This document shows positions 1 through 8,906 of a stretch of DNA of 30,896 nt, one piece after another. The translations under genes and the position numbers were made by a program. This stretch comes from an uncultured bacterium (GTDB lineage: Bacteria; Zhuqueibacterota; QNDG01; DSAB01), in NCBI GenBank assembly GCA_964464265.1, contig CAYXFJ010000001.1, positions 3,377 through 34,272 on the forward strand, written 5' to 3'. Positions within the stretch are counted from its first letter, which is position 1. Each line of letters starts with the position of its first letter. The notes under the pieces were generated by a model. That model saw nothing but the letters and a program-made list of their open reading frames with translations, was not told the origin of the DNA and did not search any database.

Positions 1-1861
1 CGAAACGGGCGATGAAGGCAGCGTCCAGAATTTCCACGCTCCCGTTCGCATCCACATCCGCGCAGGTCAGATCATAACCGGAAAGCGAGAGAAATCCCAG
101 GGAATGGCGGGCCACCAGAGAGGCATCGAGAGCGGAAACCGCTCCTGCCGGTACATCTTCCCCGACCGGTTTCCCGGGAGTGACCTGAAAGTTTTTAAGT
201 CCGTCTATATCCTCAAATCGGTAAAGTCCGGCAACATTTGTGGATACGGTACCCGTGACCTGCCCGGTCATGACGAGGTCCACATTCGGGATCATGTTCT
301 GCTGATCGTGATACTGAACACTGCCGGAGACAGCAAAGGAGCCAAAGTAGAACGTCCCCTCCTGCTCCTGCACATCGATCAGGGTATCCGCAGGCACACT
401 GATCAATTTCTGGACTATATCACTGGGCCAGTAAATCTCCACACTGTCCGCCAGGGTATACGTTCCCAGGCCGAATTCTACAGTAAAACTGTCTGTCTTG
501 TAGCCATCCCCGCCGGTCACATGCCGCATCTGTTTTCTGGTGCCTGTATAGACCGTCACCCGGGCGCCTATTCCGGAGCGGTTGCTCTCAACACCCTCCA
601 GGTTGAACTGAAGCCAGTGATTGGTCCCTCCGTCGTTCATGTAAAGTGCTGTGCCGAATTCCTGATCCGGAGGAGCGTCGTTCCTGCAAAAATAGATATC
701 CAGATACCCGTCGCCGTTGAAATCCGCCAGAGGAGCACTCCAGTATTCCTGATAGTCGTTGATATTGCACACGGTGTTCCGGGCGGTAAAGGTGCCATCG
801 CCGTCGTTCAGGTACAGCCAGTTCAGTGCCGGCCGCTTGACCAGTATCAGGATATCGATAAAACCGTCATTATTGAAATCCCCTGTGCTCAAACCGCCTC
901 CGTATGGAGCGGTATCGAAGTACTGGGGTGACACATTCAGAGTGGAGGATTCATTGGCGAACATTCCGTTCCTGAGGTTCCTGAACATCTGGGCGCGTAT
1001 GTTCGGTCTCTTTCTTAAAAACAGATCCAGATACCCGTCATTGTCGTAATCGAGAAACACTGCACCCATGTACAGGCTGTCTTTTGGCAGACCTCTGGCA
1101 GTGGTGGCATCGCGGAAGAAACCGTTGTCGTTCCAGTAAAAAATGGACTGAGTTCTGTAATTCGCTGCGAAGATATCCGGGTCCCCGTCATTATCTATGT
1201 CCCCGACCGCATATCCGTATATATCGTCGTAGGAACGAATAGTACCCAGCCCTACGGTTCTGGCCACATCAGTGAATGTTCCATCTTTGTTGTTCCTGAA
1301 GAGATACATATAAGGATATGAGTTTGTTGAATCTTCCTTGGCCCCCACGACAAGGAGATCCACATATCCATCCGAATTATAGTCCAGGAAGGAGAGGGTC
1401 CTGCCCAGGTTATTGCGCCTGACTCCTGAGGATACCGAAACATCCGTGAACGTACCGTGGCCCGTATTCCTGTGAAGTGTGGTCGCATAAATATAATTCA
1501 TAGCAATGGAGACATCCACATCACCGTCGTTGTCGTAATCTGCCGCAGCAAAACCCTGGGCGCTTGACTCGGATTCTCTAAACCCCGCTGCAATGGTCAC
1601 ATTCGTAAAAGTCCCGTCCTGGTCATTTTTTAAGAGGGCATGGTAACGGTGATCATCGGGAAAAACGCTGTAATTCTGGACAACAAATATATCGAAGAAT
1701 CCGTCGTTGTCGAAATCGAGAATGCCCGAGCCATGCGAGTTAAGGATCGTCCCTGCACCAATCTCTGGTCCCATTTCCGTAAAATGGGGGATCTGGGACA
1801 GTGCAGGAACTGTGGCTATCATGCATATGAAGACCACACCGGTCGTTATTTTACCTGGCAT
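1..1861 (-). CDS. Secreted FG-GAP repeat (CRTAC1-like) protein with ASPIC/UnbV domain, beta-sandwich and dockerin-like C-terminal region; 3'-truncated by the window edge
   Basis: Hand translation from ATG 1861 (GGAG 6 nt upstream) is open for 620 codons to the edge. Signal peptide MPGKITTGVVFICMIATVPALSQ; seven repeats (LDFDNDGFFDI, ADYDNDGDVDV, LDYNSDGYVDL, GDIDNDGDPDI, LDYDNDGYLDL, GDFNNDGFIDI, ADFNGDGYLDI); ASPIC-like NHWLQFNLEGVESNRSGIGARVTV...EFGLG...VEIYWPS (~370-620); dockerin-like AVSALDASLVARHSLG...ADVDANGSVEILDAAFIARF (~2-150). Confidence 0.9.
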   Translation of the reverse strand, partial: MPGKITTGVVFICMIATVPALSQIPHFTEMGPEIGAGTILNSHGSGILDFDNDGFFDIFVVQNYSVFPDDHRYHALLKNDQDGTFTNVTIAAGFRESESSAQGFAAADYDNDGDVDVSIAMNYIYATTLHRNTGHGTFTDVSVSSGVRRNNLGRTLSFLDYNSDGYVDLLVVGAKEDSTNSYPYMYLFRNNKDGTFTDVARTVGLGTIRSYDDIYGYAVGDIDNDGDPDIFAANYRTQSIFYWNDNGFFRDATTARGLPKDSLYMGAVFLDYDNDGYLDLFLRKRPNIRAQMFRNLRNGMFANESSTLNVSPQYFDTAPYGGGLSTGDFNNDGFIDILILVKRPALNWLYLNDGDGTFTARNTVCNINDYQEYWSAPLADFNGDGYLDIYFCRNDAPPDQEFGTALYMNDGGTNHWLQFNLEGVESNRSGIGARVTVYTGTRKQMRHVTGGDGYKTDSFTVEFGLGTYTLADSVEIYWPSDIVQKLISVPADTLIDVQEQEGTFYFGSFAVSGSVQYHDQQNMIPNVDLVMTGQVTGTVSTNVAGLYRFEDIDGLKNFQVTPGKPVGEDVPAGAVSALDASLVARHSLGFLSLSGYDLTCADVDANGSVEILDAAFIARF

Positions 1862-1877
1862 ATCTGACTCCGCGATC

Positions 1878-1906
1878 AGTATAATTTTTTTTTGATCACC
1901 GTCCGG
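1878..1906 (-). promoter_or_regulatory. Candidate promoter for the FG-GAP gene (-10 TATACT, poor -35, A9 tract in spacer)
   Basis: Minus-strand TATACT at 1883-1878; the hexamer 17 nt upstream is CCGGAC (poor match to TTGACA); T9 on the + strand at 1885-1893. Prediction only. Confidence 0.35.
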
Positions 1907-1997
1907 CCGGGAAAAATACAACCCGCAACTTCATTTCAGGGGGTATTTTTTTCCGTTCACACCGACCCGGGAAAAATACATACCGTCCTTTTTCCGG
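1907..1997. repeat. Intergenic direct and inverted repeat array (CCGGGAAAAATACA x2 plus two inverted partial copies)
   Basis: Identical 14-mers at 1907-1920 and 1967-1980 (60-bp period); inverted partial copies GTATTTTTTTCCG at 1943-1955 and TTTTTCCGG at 1989-1997. Confidence 0.75.
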
Positions 1998-2016
1998 ATT
2001 TTCATTCCTGAAGATC

Positions 2017-3141
2017 TCAACGGAACTTCAGAGCCCATTTTTTCAGGACATTCAGTCTGAGGATCACGCTCCGGACTTGTGACCGGAAATCGTACAAATT
2101 GGCTTTCCAACGCGCATGTACCACGCGTATCCTGTATAAAGTACGAAATTTTTCAGTCCATTGCCATTTATAGGTTTCATCTCCGGCCAGAAAATCATAT
2201 TCACTGCAATCCTCGTTCCACGCTTCTTCGATCGCAAACAAATGGCAGAGATGCCCCACACTGTATTTCCGGTAAGAAAGATCGAACCCGCTTTGATAAT
2301 AATAGATTTTTCCGTCAAATGCAAAGTTAAAGAGCGAAGCGGCCGGTTTTCCCTGCACATGAAGAAAATAAAAACGCAGGAGACCCGCTTTCAATAACGC
2401 AATAGCCAGTGCCCTCACCATGTCTTCTATGGAAGATTGCCGGAATATGCCGATCTGCAGCTTGTCGCGCGACCTCTGGCGGTTCAATCCTACAAAGTCC
2501 CTGAAACAGCCGTCAAGTTCTTTTTCGTCTTTCACCCTGTTAAAGGAAACATCCAGGTCTTTTTCCATCTTTTTCTTTTTGCGTTTCAGATACCGCACAA
2601 AACCCGGATCATAAAACTGATCATAAAGGCTGCGGCTTCTGTCAAGAGTCAGAAACGGAGCTTTCCCCGAGACGAGTTTTTTGAAATTGTATTCACCTTT
2701 TTCAAGAGCCACCATCAACAACTGGTTCGCTTCATTCCCGATCATATTCTCCAGCTGAACGAAATCCCAGTTGTCCTTTCTCCCGAGTATCCATGCTGCG
2801 GCACTATGGAAGACATCCTCCCGGAAATCATCATCCGCAATGACCTGCTGATAGTCTATGTAGCGGTCACCCAGGAAACAGAGAACGGTCATACGCACAC
2901 AACAGATACGGATCAGGCGCAGACAGAGGGGAGCTATCCCGACAAGCCTGTTATCCCTGTAAAGCGCCAGTATGCACAGCCGGTCCTTTTCCCCGTGCAT
3001 ATGCTCCCAGACCAGAGATTGCCATTCCCAGAGCTGGAATATGGTCCTGTTGGAATCTCTTTTCAGGAGCGCGTTCCAGTCGGTGCGCATGGCATTCAGG
3101 GACTCCGGATCCCTGATCACTTCTATTCTTAGCGTACCCAT
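2017..3141 (-). CDS. GNAT-family acyltransferase, CelD/BcsL (Acetyltransf_6, FemABX-related) type
   Basis: 374 aa; N-terminal ...AMRTDWNALL...IFQLWEWQ..., LVGIAPL, C-terminal LHVQGKPAASLFNF...YYQSGFD...YSVG...A...EYDFLAGDETYKWQW, typical of this family. Confidence 0.85.
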   Translation of the reverse strand: MGTLRIEVIRDPESLNAMRTDWNALLKRDSNRTIFQLWEWQSLVWEHMHGEKDRLCILALYRDNRLVGIAPLCLRLIRICCVRMTVLCFLGDRYIDYQQVIADDDFREDVFHSAAAWILGRKDNWDFVQLENMIGNEANQLLMVALEKGEYNFKKLVSGKAPFLTLDRSRSLYDQFYDPGFVRYLKRKKKKMEKDLDVSFNRVKDEKELDGCFRDFVGLNRQRSRDKLQIGIFRQSSIEDMVRALAIALLKAGLLRFYFLHVQGKPAASLFNFAFDGKIYYYQSGFDLSYRKYSVGHLCHLFAIEEAWNEDCSEYDFLAGDETYKWQWTEKFRTLYRIRVVHARWKANLYDFRSQVRSVILRLNVLKKWALKFR

Positions 3142-3148
3142 CCCATCC

Positions 3149-4093
3149 TCAGAGCGGAATTCGTGTGATGCCGTAATCGGGATCCGGGTGAATGGTGCTG
3201 GTCCACTTCATCATACCCGCTGCCAGCCGCCCGATGACCGGCTTTTTTTTACAGCCGTGCATTTTCCTGGCCAGGGATCTCTCATAATCGAACGGCGGTT
3301 TTGTATAATCGTGATCGTGATACTTCTGAAAGCGGTCCGGGAAACCGAACCTCTCCACCAGCTTGTCCGGATTCTGCGATGCGAATCTGGCCAGCATCGA
3401 TCTCTTCAGATCAAGCTGTTGTTCTGTCATTTCAAGGACACAGACCGGATCATCAAGAACCGGTTCCGGGGGATAGGCGTAATGCACAAAAGGGATCAGA
3501 CGGCACAACCCGGACAGAACCTTCTCCGGTGTGGTTTTCAGGGACATGTAAAAATTGTATTCCGGCGCTTCAAGTACCGTAACCTCCGGGCTCAATATTC
3601 CGAGGGTACCGCTGAGAATATAGTTGGTGACATCGTGCTGATAATTCCCGCCTTCATACAGCGGCACGATAACCGTATCAGGCCGGTATTGCATCATGAA
3701 GCGCTTCATCTCCTCCGTGCAGTCCTCTATTTCCTTGCGCCCGGTCAGGCCGGTAAGCGTATCATGCCCGAGAAAAACAAGCGATTCCCTCAAGAGACCT
3801 GCCAGGCCCCATGCATCCAGGGCTTCATTTCTCCGGGTAGTTTTATCATCCCCGGGACCGTTCGTGATGTAGAGCACCCTGACCTCCCCCCCGTTCCTCA
3901 GAACCTGCTGAGCATAACCGCCCGCCATGGCCACTCCGTCATCCTGATGCGGAGCCAGTATGAGAAGCCTTTTCCCGGACGCTGTGATCCTGTGCTTCTT
4001 CCTCAGCCTTACATAAAACCACAATCCTCCGGAGAAAAGAAGGATAAGAACATAGAGAGAGGCGAGAAAAATTCCTGTCCAGAAAAGTATCAT
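3149..4093 (-). CDS. PIG-L/LmbE-family de-N-acetylase with N-terminal transmembrane anchor
   Basis: 314 aa; LILAPHQDDGVAMAGG (HxDD motif), ITNG, RRNEALDA, GGNYQHD (variant of HxDH), RFASQ; hydrophobic residues 2-27 followed by RLRKK. Confidence 0.85.
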   Translation of the reverse strand: MILFWTGIFLASLYVLILLFSGGLWFYVRLRKKHRITASGKRLLILAPHQDDGVAMAGGYAQQVLRNGGEVRVLYITNGPGDDKTTRRNEALDAWGLAGLLRESLVFLGHDTLTGLTGRKEIEDCTEEMKRFMMQYRPDTVIVPLYEGGNYQHDVTNYILSGTLGILSPEVTVLEAPEYNFYMSLKTTPEKVLSGLCRLIPFVHYAYPPEPVLDDPVCVLEMTEQQLDLKRSMLARFASQNPDKLVERFGFPDRFQKYHDHDYTKPPFDYERSLARKMHGCKKKPVIGRLAAGMMKWTSTIHPDPDYGITRIPL

Positions 4094-4119
4094 CAGAGCT
4101 CCGGGATAGGGTGAAAAAC

Positions 4120-5628
4120 CTAATCCTTTCCACTGCTCTCAGGACCTGAATTGAACCGTCCAGGCCATAAAAGCTTCATCAGGAACGTTTTAAAAATCCG
4201 CAATTCTTCGCGGTCGAATATCTTCATCATAAAAAGCAGTAACCAGTACAGTACAAAAACACCGGCCAGTTTTATCCAGCCTGACAGCTCCTGAAAGAGG
4301 GTGTATCCGGCGAAGAGCAGCGCAGCTGCCAAGAGCGGTTTGAGGGAGAAGCCCAGTGCCTTTCTCCGGATCAGCCCTTCTTTTTTAAGCACCAAAAAAT
4401 AAGCGATGAGCGTCAGATATTCCATGACCACGGTCGTTACAGCAGCGCCTATATATCCATACAACACGATGAGAATTAAATTGAGTACGATGTTCAAAGC
4501 GCTTCGGACTGCGTCCAGCATCGTCACTTTTTTCTGCTGGTTGACCGCGATCAGAGTCGTGCCGAACAGGTACCGGAGGAACGAAGGAACGACAGCAATA
4601 CCCAGAAGCACCAGCACGAGAATGGACTGTTCATATTCCGAACCATACGCCAGACGGATGAGATCCGGTGCTGCCATGACCGTGCACATGGTTATGACAG
4701 TGGCAACAATGAGAGTGTACTTGAACGAACGCATGAAAAGCTTTACCACCAGCTCGCGGGATACGAGATGACGGGCGCTCAGCTCCGGGTACACAGCTTC
4801 GGTAATGATATTGGGGACGAACCACAGTCCCTCGAAAAAACGCCTTGCGACGCTGTACCAGCCAACCTCCACGAAATTCCTCAATAGCGAAAGCATGACC
4901 ACATCAACATAATTGTTAAGGGTCCAGAAGGAGGACTGCAGTACATAAATCCAGGACTGCCGGACGAGCATTCTGCATGTGGAGAGACCGGGTTTCAGCC
5001 GGATCTTCTGTCCGGATCTGCCCAGAAATCCCAGGAGAAGGAAGAAACTGACCGCTCTGGAAAAGAGTAGCACCCAGGCTGCTGCCTCTACACCTTTGCC
5101 GGAGACGAGCAGTACACCGCCAGCGATCAGAAGAAAAATCCTCTCTGCATTGACTGCCAGAGTGTCATAATGAAACCTGCCGAGAGCCTTGCACGTGGAA
5201 CGAAGGGTCATACCAAAACAGCGGAAAGACTCCGCAAGAAAAACGATGGCGATCACAGTTCTGACCTCAGGCGGGTATTTGACCCTGAGAAGCCATGCAA
5301 CCCCGGAGCTGACCAGAAGCAAAGCAATGGCTATAAAAAACTGGATTGAAAGAGCATTGCCCGCGTAAAATCCTGCCCGGTCCCTGTCCCTCACAATGAT
5401 CTTTGTTATGGAGTAGGAAAAACCGAAGAGCACAAACATGGAAAACAGACCGACAAAAGCGAGGGCAGAAGCGAATTTGCCATATGCCTCATCGCCCAGG
5501 TATCTCGCGGCGAGTATGTAAAAGACAAAGGTAAATATCAGGCTCATTTCGGAGAGCGAACTGAGAAGGGTATTTCCCATGATCTGGTGGCTGGTTGCCA
5601 CCTTTGCATTCGGGGACTTCATCGTCAA
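4120..5628 (-). CDS. wzx: Wzx-type oligosaccharide flippase (MOP superfamily)
   Basis: 502 aa with many hydrophobic segments; ARYLGDEAYG, DVVMLSLL...EVGWYSVA, LNIVLNLILI...GYIGAAVTT signatures. Confidence 0.9.
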   Translation of the reverse strand: MTMKSPNAKVATSHQIMGNTLLSSLSEMSLIFTFVFYILAARYLGDEAYGKFASALAFVGLFSMFVLFGFSYSITKIIVRDRDRAGFYAGNALSIQFFIAIALLLVSSGVAWLLRVKYPPEVRTVIAIVFLAESFRCFGMTLRSTCKALGRFHYDTLAVNAERIFLLIAGGVLLVSGKGVEAAAWVLLFSRAVSFFLLLGFLGRSGQKIRLKPGLSTCRMLVRQSWIYVLQSSFWTLNNYVDVVMLSLLRNFVEVGWYSVARRFFEGLWFVPNIITEAVYPELSARHLVSRELVVKLFMRSFKYTLIVATVITMCTVMAAPDLIRLAYGSEYEQSILVLVLLGIAVVPSFLRYLFGTTLIAVNQQKKVTMLDAVRSALNIVLNLILIVLYGYIGAAVTTVVMEYLTLIAYFLVLKKEGLIRRKALGFSLKPLLAAALLFAGYTLFQELSGWIKLAGVFVLYWLLLFMMKIFDREELRIFKTFLMKLLWPGRFNSGPESSGKD

Positions 5629-5665
5629 AGGTCCGTATTTTCTTCCTGGAAGCTGTGATGCAGGG

Positions 5666-6826
5666 TCATGTTCCGGCCTTTCCTGCTTCAGAGTTCAGAT
5701 TTTTCAAAAGCTCTTCAATTTTACCCAGCATTTTCTTTTGCGTGAAATCCGACAATACCCTTGACCTGGCACTGGCTCCTATCTTTTTCGCAAGTGCCGG
5801 ATCTCGGAGCACTTTCAGGATACCCTTGGCGAGGCTTTCCGGATCACCCGGACGCACGAGGAGCCCGCTGACACCATCCTCCACGATCTCCGGAATTCCC
5901 CCGACACGGGGCGCCACCACCGGCACTCCCGCAGCCATGATTTCGATCAGAGAGATCGGATGCACTTCCACGCGGGAAGAGAGGATTCCCACATCGTAGA
6001 TCCGGGCAAGCTCCGCTGTATCCGGACGGTACCCGGTAAAATGTAAATACTGCGCGATACCCAGGCTTTGTGCAAGCTTTTCTATAGATCCCCTGAGAGG
6101 CCCGTCCCCGACGAGCAGGAACCGGGTACCGGGGCATCCGGCAAGTATATCCGGAACCGCCCTGATCAAAATCTCATGCGCCTTGAGAGGAGCGAAATTG
6201 GCCACCATGCCCACGACCTTGACGCCCTCAGGGAGACCGAGCTCTTTTTTAAGGCTCCGGACGGATCTCCCCTTCCTCCCTTCCACAGGAATACCATTGG
6301 GGATCACGGTCATTTTACTCTCAGGGATGCCGAGTTCTTTACTGAGCAGATGCATGAGAAATCTGGAAGGCACCATGACCCGGTCTGTGCGGAGAAGGCA
6401 AATCCTGTCCAGTATCTTTAAAATACCGGGATAGAGTCCCTCGATGACCGTGTCACTTGCCCTCACAAGCACAGGCACGCCGGAAAGCATTGCCGCGAAC
6501 GGTGCAATGAACGTCCCTGCACCCACAGCCGTAAAAAGCAGAATGTCTATTTTATTGCGGCGCACGAGGCGGGCAAGACCCATAATCTGATTGATATTGA
6601 ACCTTCCCTTCATCTCCATATCGAAACGGGTCACATGGTCCCAGTGAAAGTAATCGCTGTGCCTGTCCCTGAGGCGCATGGAATCTTCACCTGCCTTGTA
6701 CGAAGGGTATATCAGGACAAAGTACAGGCGGAACTCTTTCCTGTCCAGGTTTTCGAGCAGTGTGTGGATTTTGGTCTCGAACCCTCCGATATTATGGCTC
6801 GAGGCCGCTATCAGGAGACGGATCAT
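5666..6826 (-). CDS. GT4-family glycosyltransferase
   Basis: IGGFETK, VIPNGI, VGMVANFAPLKAH, LVGDGP, EVHPISLIE (EX7E), GVPVVAPRVGGIPEIV. ATG 6826 (MIRLLIAAS) preferred over the track's TTG 6877, which lacks an SD. Confidence 0.9.
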   Translation of the reverse strand: MIRLLIAASSHNIGGFETKIHTLLENLDRKEFRLYFVLIYPSYKAGEDSMRLRDRHSDYFHWDHVTRFDMEMKGRFNINQIMGLARLVRRNKIDILLFTAVGAGTFIAPFAAMLSGVPVLVRASDTVIEGLYPGILKILDRICLLRTDRVMVPSRFLMHLLSKELGIPESKMTVIPNGIPVEGRKGRSVRSLKKELGLPEGVKVVGMVANFAPLKAHEILIRAVPDILAGCPGTRFLLVGDGPLRGSIEKLAQSLGIAQYLHFTGYRPDTAELARIYDVGILSSRVEVHPISLIEIMAAGVPVVAPRVGGIPEIVEDGVSGLLVRPGDPESLAKGILKVLRDPALAKKIGASARSRVLSDFTQKKMLGKIEELLKNLNSEAGKAGT

Positions 6827-6970
6827 CTGATATGTGCAAAAGCCTTTCTCTGAATACAGCCGAACCCAATGACCCAAGACACAGGAGGTCCCGTATTTCC
6901 GGGGGATCTCCCGTCTCTATTGACTTTTAATCATAATCAGCTTTCGGCCAGTGATCCTCTCTCCTGATGA

Positions 6971-8134
6971 TCAGGATGGAACTATCCTGGAACCGGAATC
7001 GAGCAGCAGGTCTATTCTTCTCTCGAATCTGTCGACAAGCCCTCCCCAGGAGTACTCCTCTTTCAGCATTTCGAAATCGTCCGTACTGACAGGATCGTTT
7101 TGACCGAGCACCTCGTTCACAGTATCTGCGAAGCTTTCTATTCCGGTGATCCGGAGCCTCCTGTATTTGGGCGGAACTCCCCTGGCTGCCACAGGTGTGG
7201 CCACTACGGGCTTGCCGCATGCCAGGGCTTCTATGATCTTCGTCGGCATTCCCCACCCTGCCAGAACAGGAGAGATGACGACATCCGCACTCCGGATATA
7301 TCCGTCCAGATTTTCGACAAAACCGGGAAAGGTCATCCGCGGATGCTGAACATCCACGGGAGGATTGGCCCCTATGAACTGGAAGTCGACGTCCGGAAAG
7401 CGTTCAGCCACCCGGTCCGCGATCTTCTCCCGCGTGACTCTGGCAGCCTCCCTGTTCGTAGAGATGTTGTAATTACCGAAAAACAGTACTTTTTTCCCGG
7501 AACCCGGAATCTTCTCATAAAAGGGATGATAGATATTCTCGTCGAATCCCTGGGGGATCACCACAATTTTTCCCGGAGATACCCATTTCTTGAAAAAATC
7601 GGCCTCCACCGGAGAGATCGACATGAGAAGACCGGCTCTTTTGCATCCGCTTTTTTCAATGCAGTATACATAGGGGACCAGCGGCCAGCGTCTCGGATCC
7701 TTCCTGGCCTTACCCAGATACTGCCTGTACTCGATGTTGTGAGAACAGTAGACCAGCGGTAATCCGAACTTACCGGCCAGCTTCATGCCATAAAGAGCGG
7801 AGAGTCCATAATCGGCGATGATCACGTCATAGGCATTCTTCTGTGCCAGAGCCCTGGCCCTGCTGTAAAAAGCGCGGCTGTAGAGGAAGTACCCGGCCTG
7901 AGAGAAAGGTATCCGGACCTTCGTCCGCACATTCTTTATATCTCCCTCATACTTTTTTTCAAGGTCAGGATCCCCCGGATATCCGGCTCCTGACATATAG
8001 ACCAGATCCAGCGTGTTCCTTGCAGCAAGACGGTTCACGAACTGGAAACCCCGGACTCCTGTTCCCGTATAGGGCACATGCGGATCGAAGACAGCGAGGT
8101 AGAGAAGGCTCTTTTTTTTAAAGTTCTGTGACAT
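6971..8134 (-). CDS. GT4-family glycosyltransferase
   Basis: 387 aa; HNIEY, VIPQG, FFGNYNISTN, GWGMPTKIIEALACGKPVVAT. Start overlaps the upstream acyltransferase by 17 nt. Confidence 0.88.
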   Translation of the reverse strand: MSQNFKKKSLLYLAVFDPHVPYTGTGVRGFQFVNRLAARNTLDLVYMSGAGYPGDPDLEKKYEGDIKNVRTKVRIPFSQAGYFLYSRAFYSRARALAQKNAYDVIIADYGLSALYGMKLAGKFGLPLVYCSHNIEYRQYLGKARKDPRRWPLVPYVYCIEKSGCKRAGLLMSISPVEADFFKKWVSPGKIVVIPQGFDENIYHPFYEKIPGSGKKVLFFGNYNISTNREAARVTREKIADRVAERFPDVDFQFIGANPPVDVQHPRMTFPGFVENLDGYIRSADVVISPVLAGWGMPTKIIEALACGKPVVATPVAARGVPPKYRRLRITGIESFADTVNEVLGQNDPVSTDDFEMLKEEYSWGGLVDRFERRIDLLLDSGSRIVPS

Positions 8135-8906
8135 GCGCTCCGTCTTCAGTGCTGCTGTTCCCTTTACGCCGGTTGATTATGGTCACCGGATTTCCACCTG
8201 CTACCGCATAGTCAGGTATGTTGCGGTTCACGACCGATCCGCCTGCTATGACCACATGTTTCCCGAGCCGCACGCCGTCGAAAACAGTCACATGGGCGCC
8301 CAGCCAGCCGCCAGGCCCCAGCGTAATCCCGCGGGAGCTGCGTCCCTGCCGGCTCACGGGGATATCGGGATTTTCCGCATGATGCGTCCCGCCGACCAGA
8401 TAACAGTAGGCTGCGACCAGGAAGTCAGCACCTACCCGCACCTCGCTCGCGGAGAAAATCATGCAGTTGAAACCCATATTGACATTGTCCTCAAGTACAA
8501 TATCCCCGTTCTTGCAGTTGAGTATCGTGTTTCTGCCCAGAAACACTCCGTTGCCTATGATAATGCCCTGATTGCCGGAGCCTTTGGCATCCAGAACACA
8601 ATAATCGTCTATGATCACATTGTCGCCGATCCTTATCTTATGGGGATGGCGCAGCACCACACCCACACCGAATGTCACGTTCCTTCCCACTTTTCCCAGA
8701 AGCAGCGGATAGAGTCTCTTGCGGAAAACGAGGCCCATTGCACCGGACATCCGCCCTGCGATACCCGTAATCAGTTCATACTTGAGCAGTCTGAACAACC
8801 CTCTCTTGCCCACAATGAGATCCTGATATTTGCCCATGCTTCCCCTCTCCCCGGAAAGCTCCTTCTGGATCTCGATCGTTTCCTTTTTCACTCCGTTTTC
8901 TTTCAA
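8118..8906 (-). CDS. Left-handed beta-helix (hexapeptide repeat) acyltransferase
   Basis: 262 aa; IRIGDNVIIDD, IIIGNGVFLG, IVLEDNVNMG, GGTH, ITLGPGGWLG, VRLGKHVVIAGGSVV, VAGGNP. TTG start overlaps the SDR stop (TTGA); start uncertain. Confidence 0.88.
   Translation of the reverse strand: MKENGVKKETIEIQKELSGERGSMGKYQDLIVGKRGLFRLLKYELITGIAGRMSGAMGLVFRKRLYPLLLGKVGRNVTFGVGVVLRHPHKIRIGDNVIIDDYCVLDAKGSGNQGIIIGNGVFLGRNTILNCKNGDIVLEDNVNMGFNCMIFSASEVRVGADFLVAAYCYLVGGTHHAENPDIPVSRQGRSSRGITLGPGGWLGAHVTVFDGVRLGKHVVIAGGSVVNRNIPDYAVAGGNPVTIINRRKGNSSTEDGAHVTEL

Noticed and set aside
1252-1488. Short minus-strand ORF in the track within the left-end region
   Set aside because: Out of frame with the real 620-codon FG-GAP gene that covers this region.
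2-1861. Bacteroidetes-type O-glycosylation motifs D(S/T)(A/I/L/V/M/T) in the FG-GAP protein as targets of the Wzy-less locus
   Set aside because: Five were counted in an Asp-rich 620-aa sequence, close to rough chance expectation; cytoplasmic proteins here carry the motif too.
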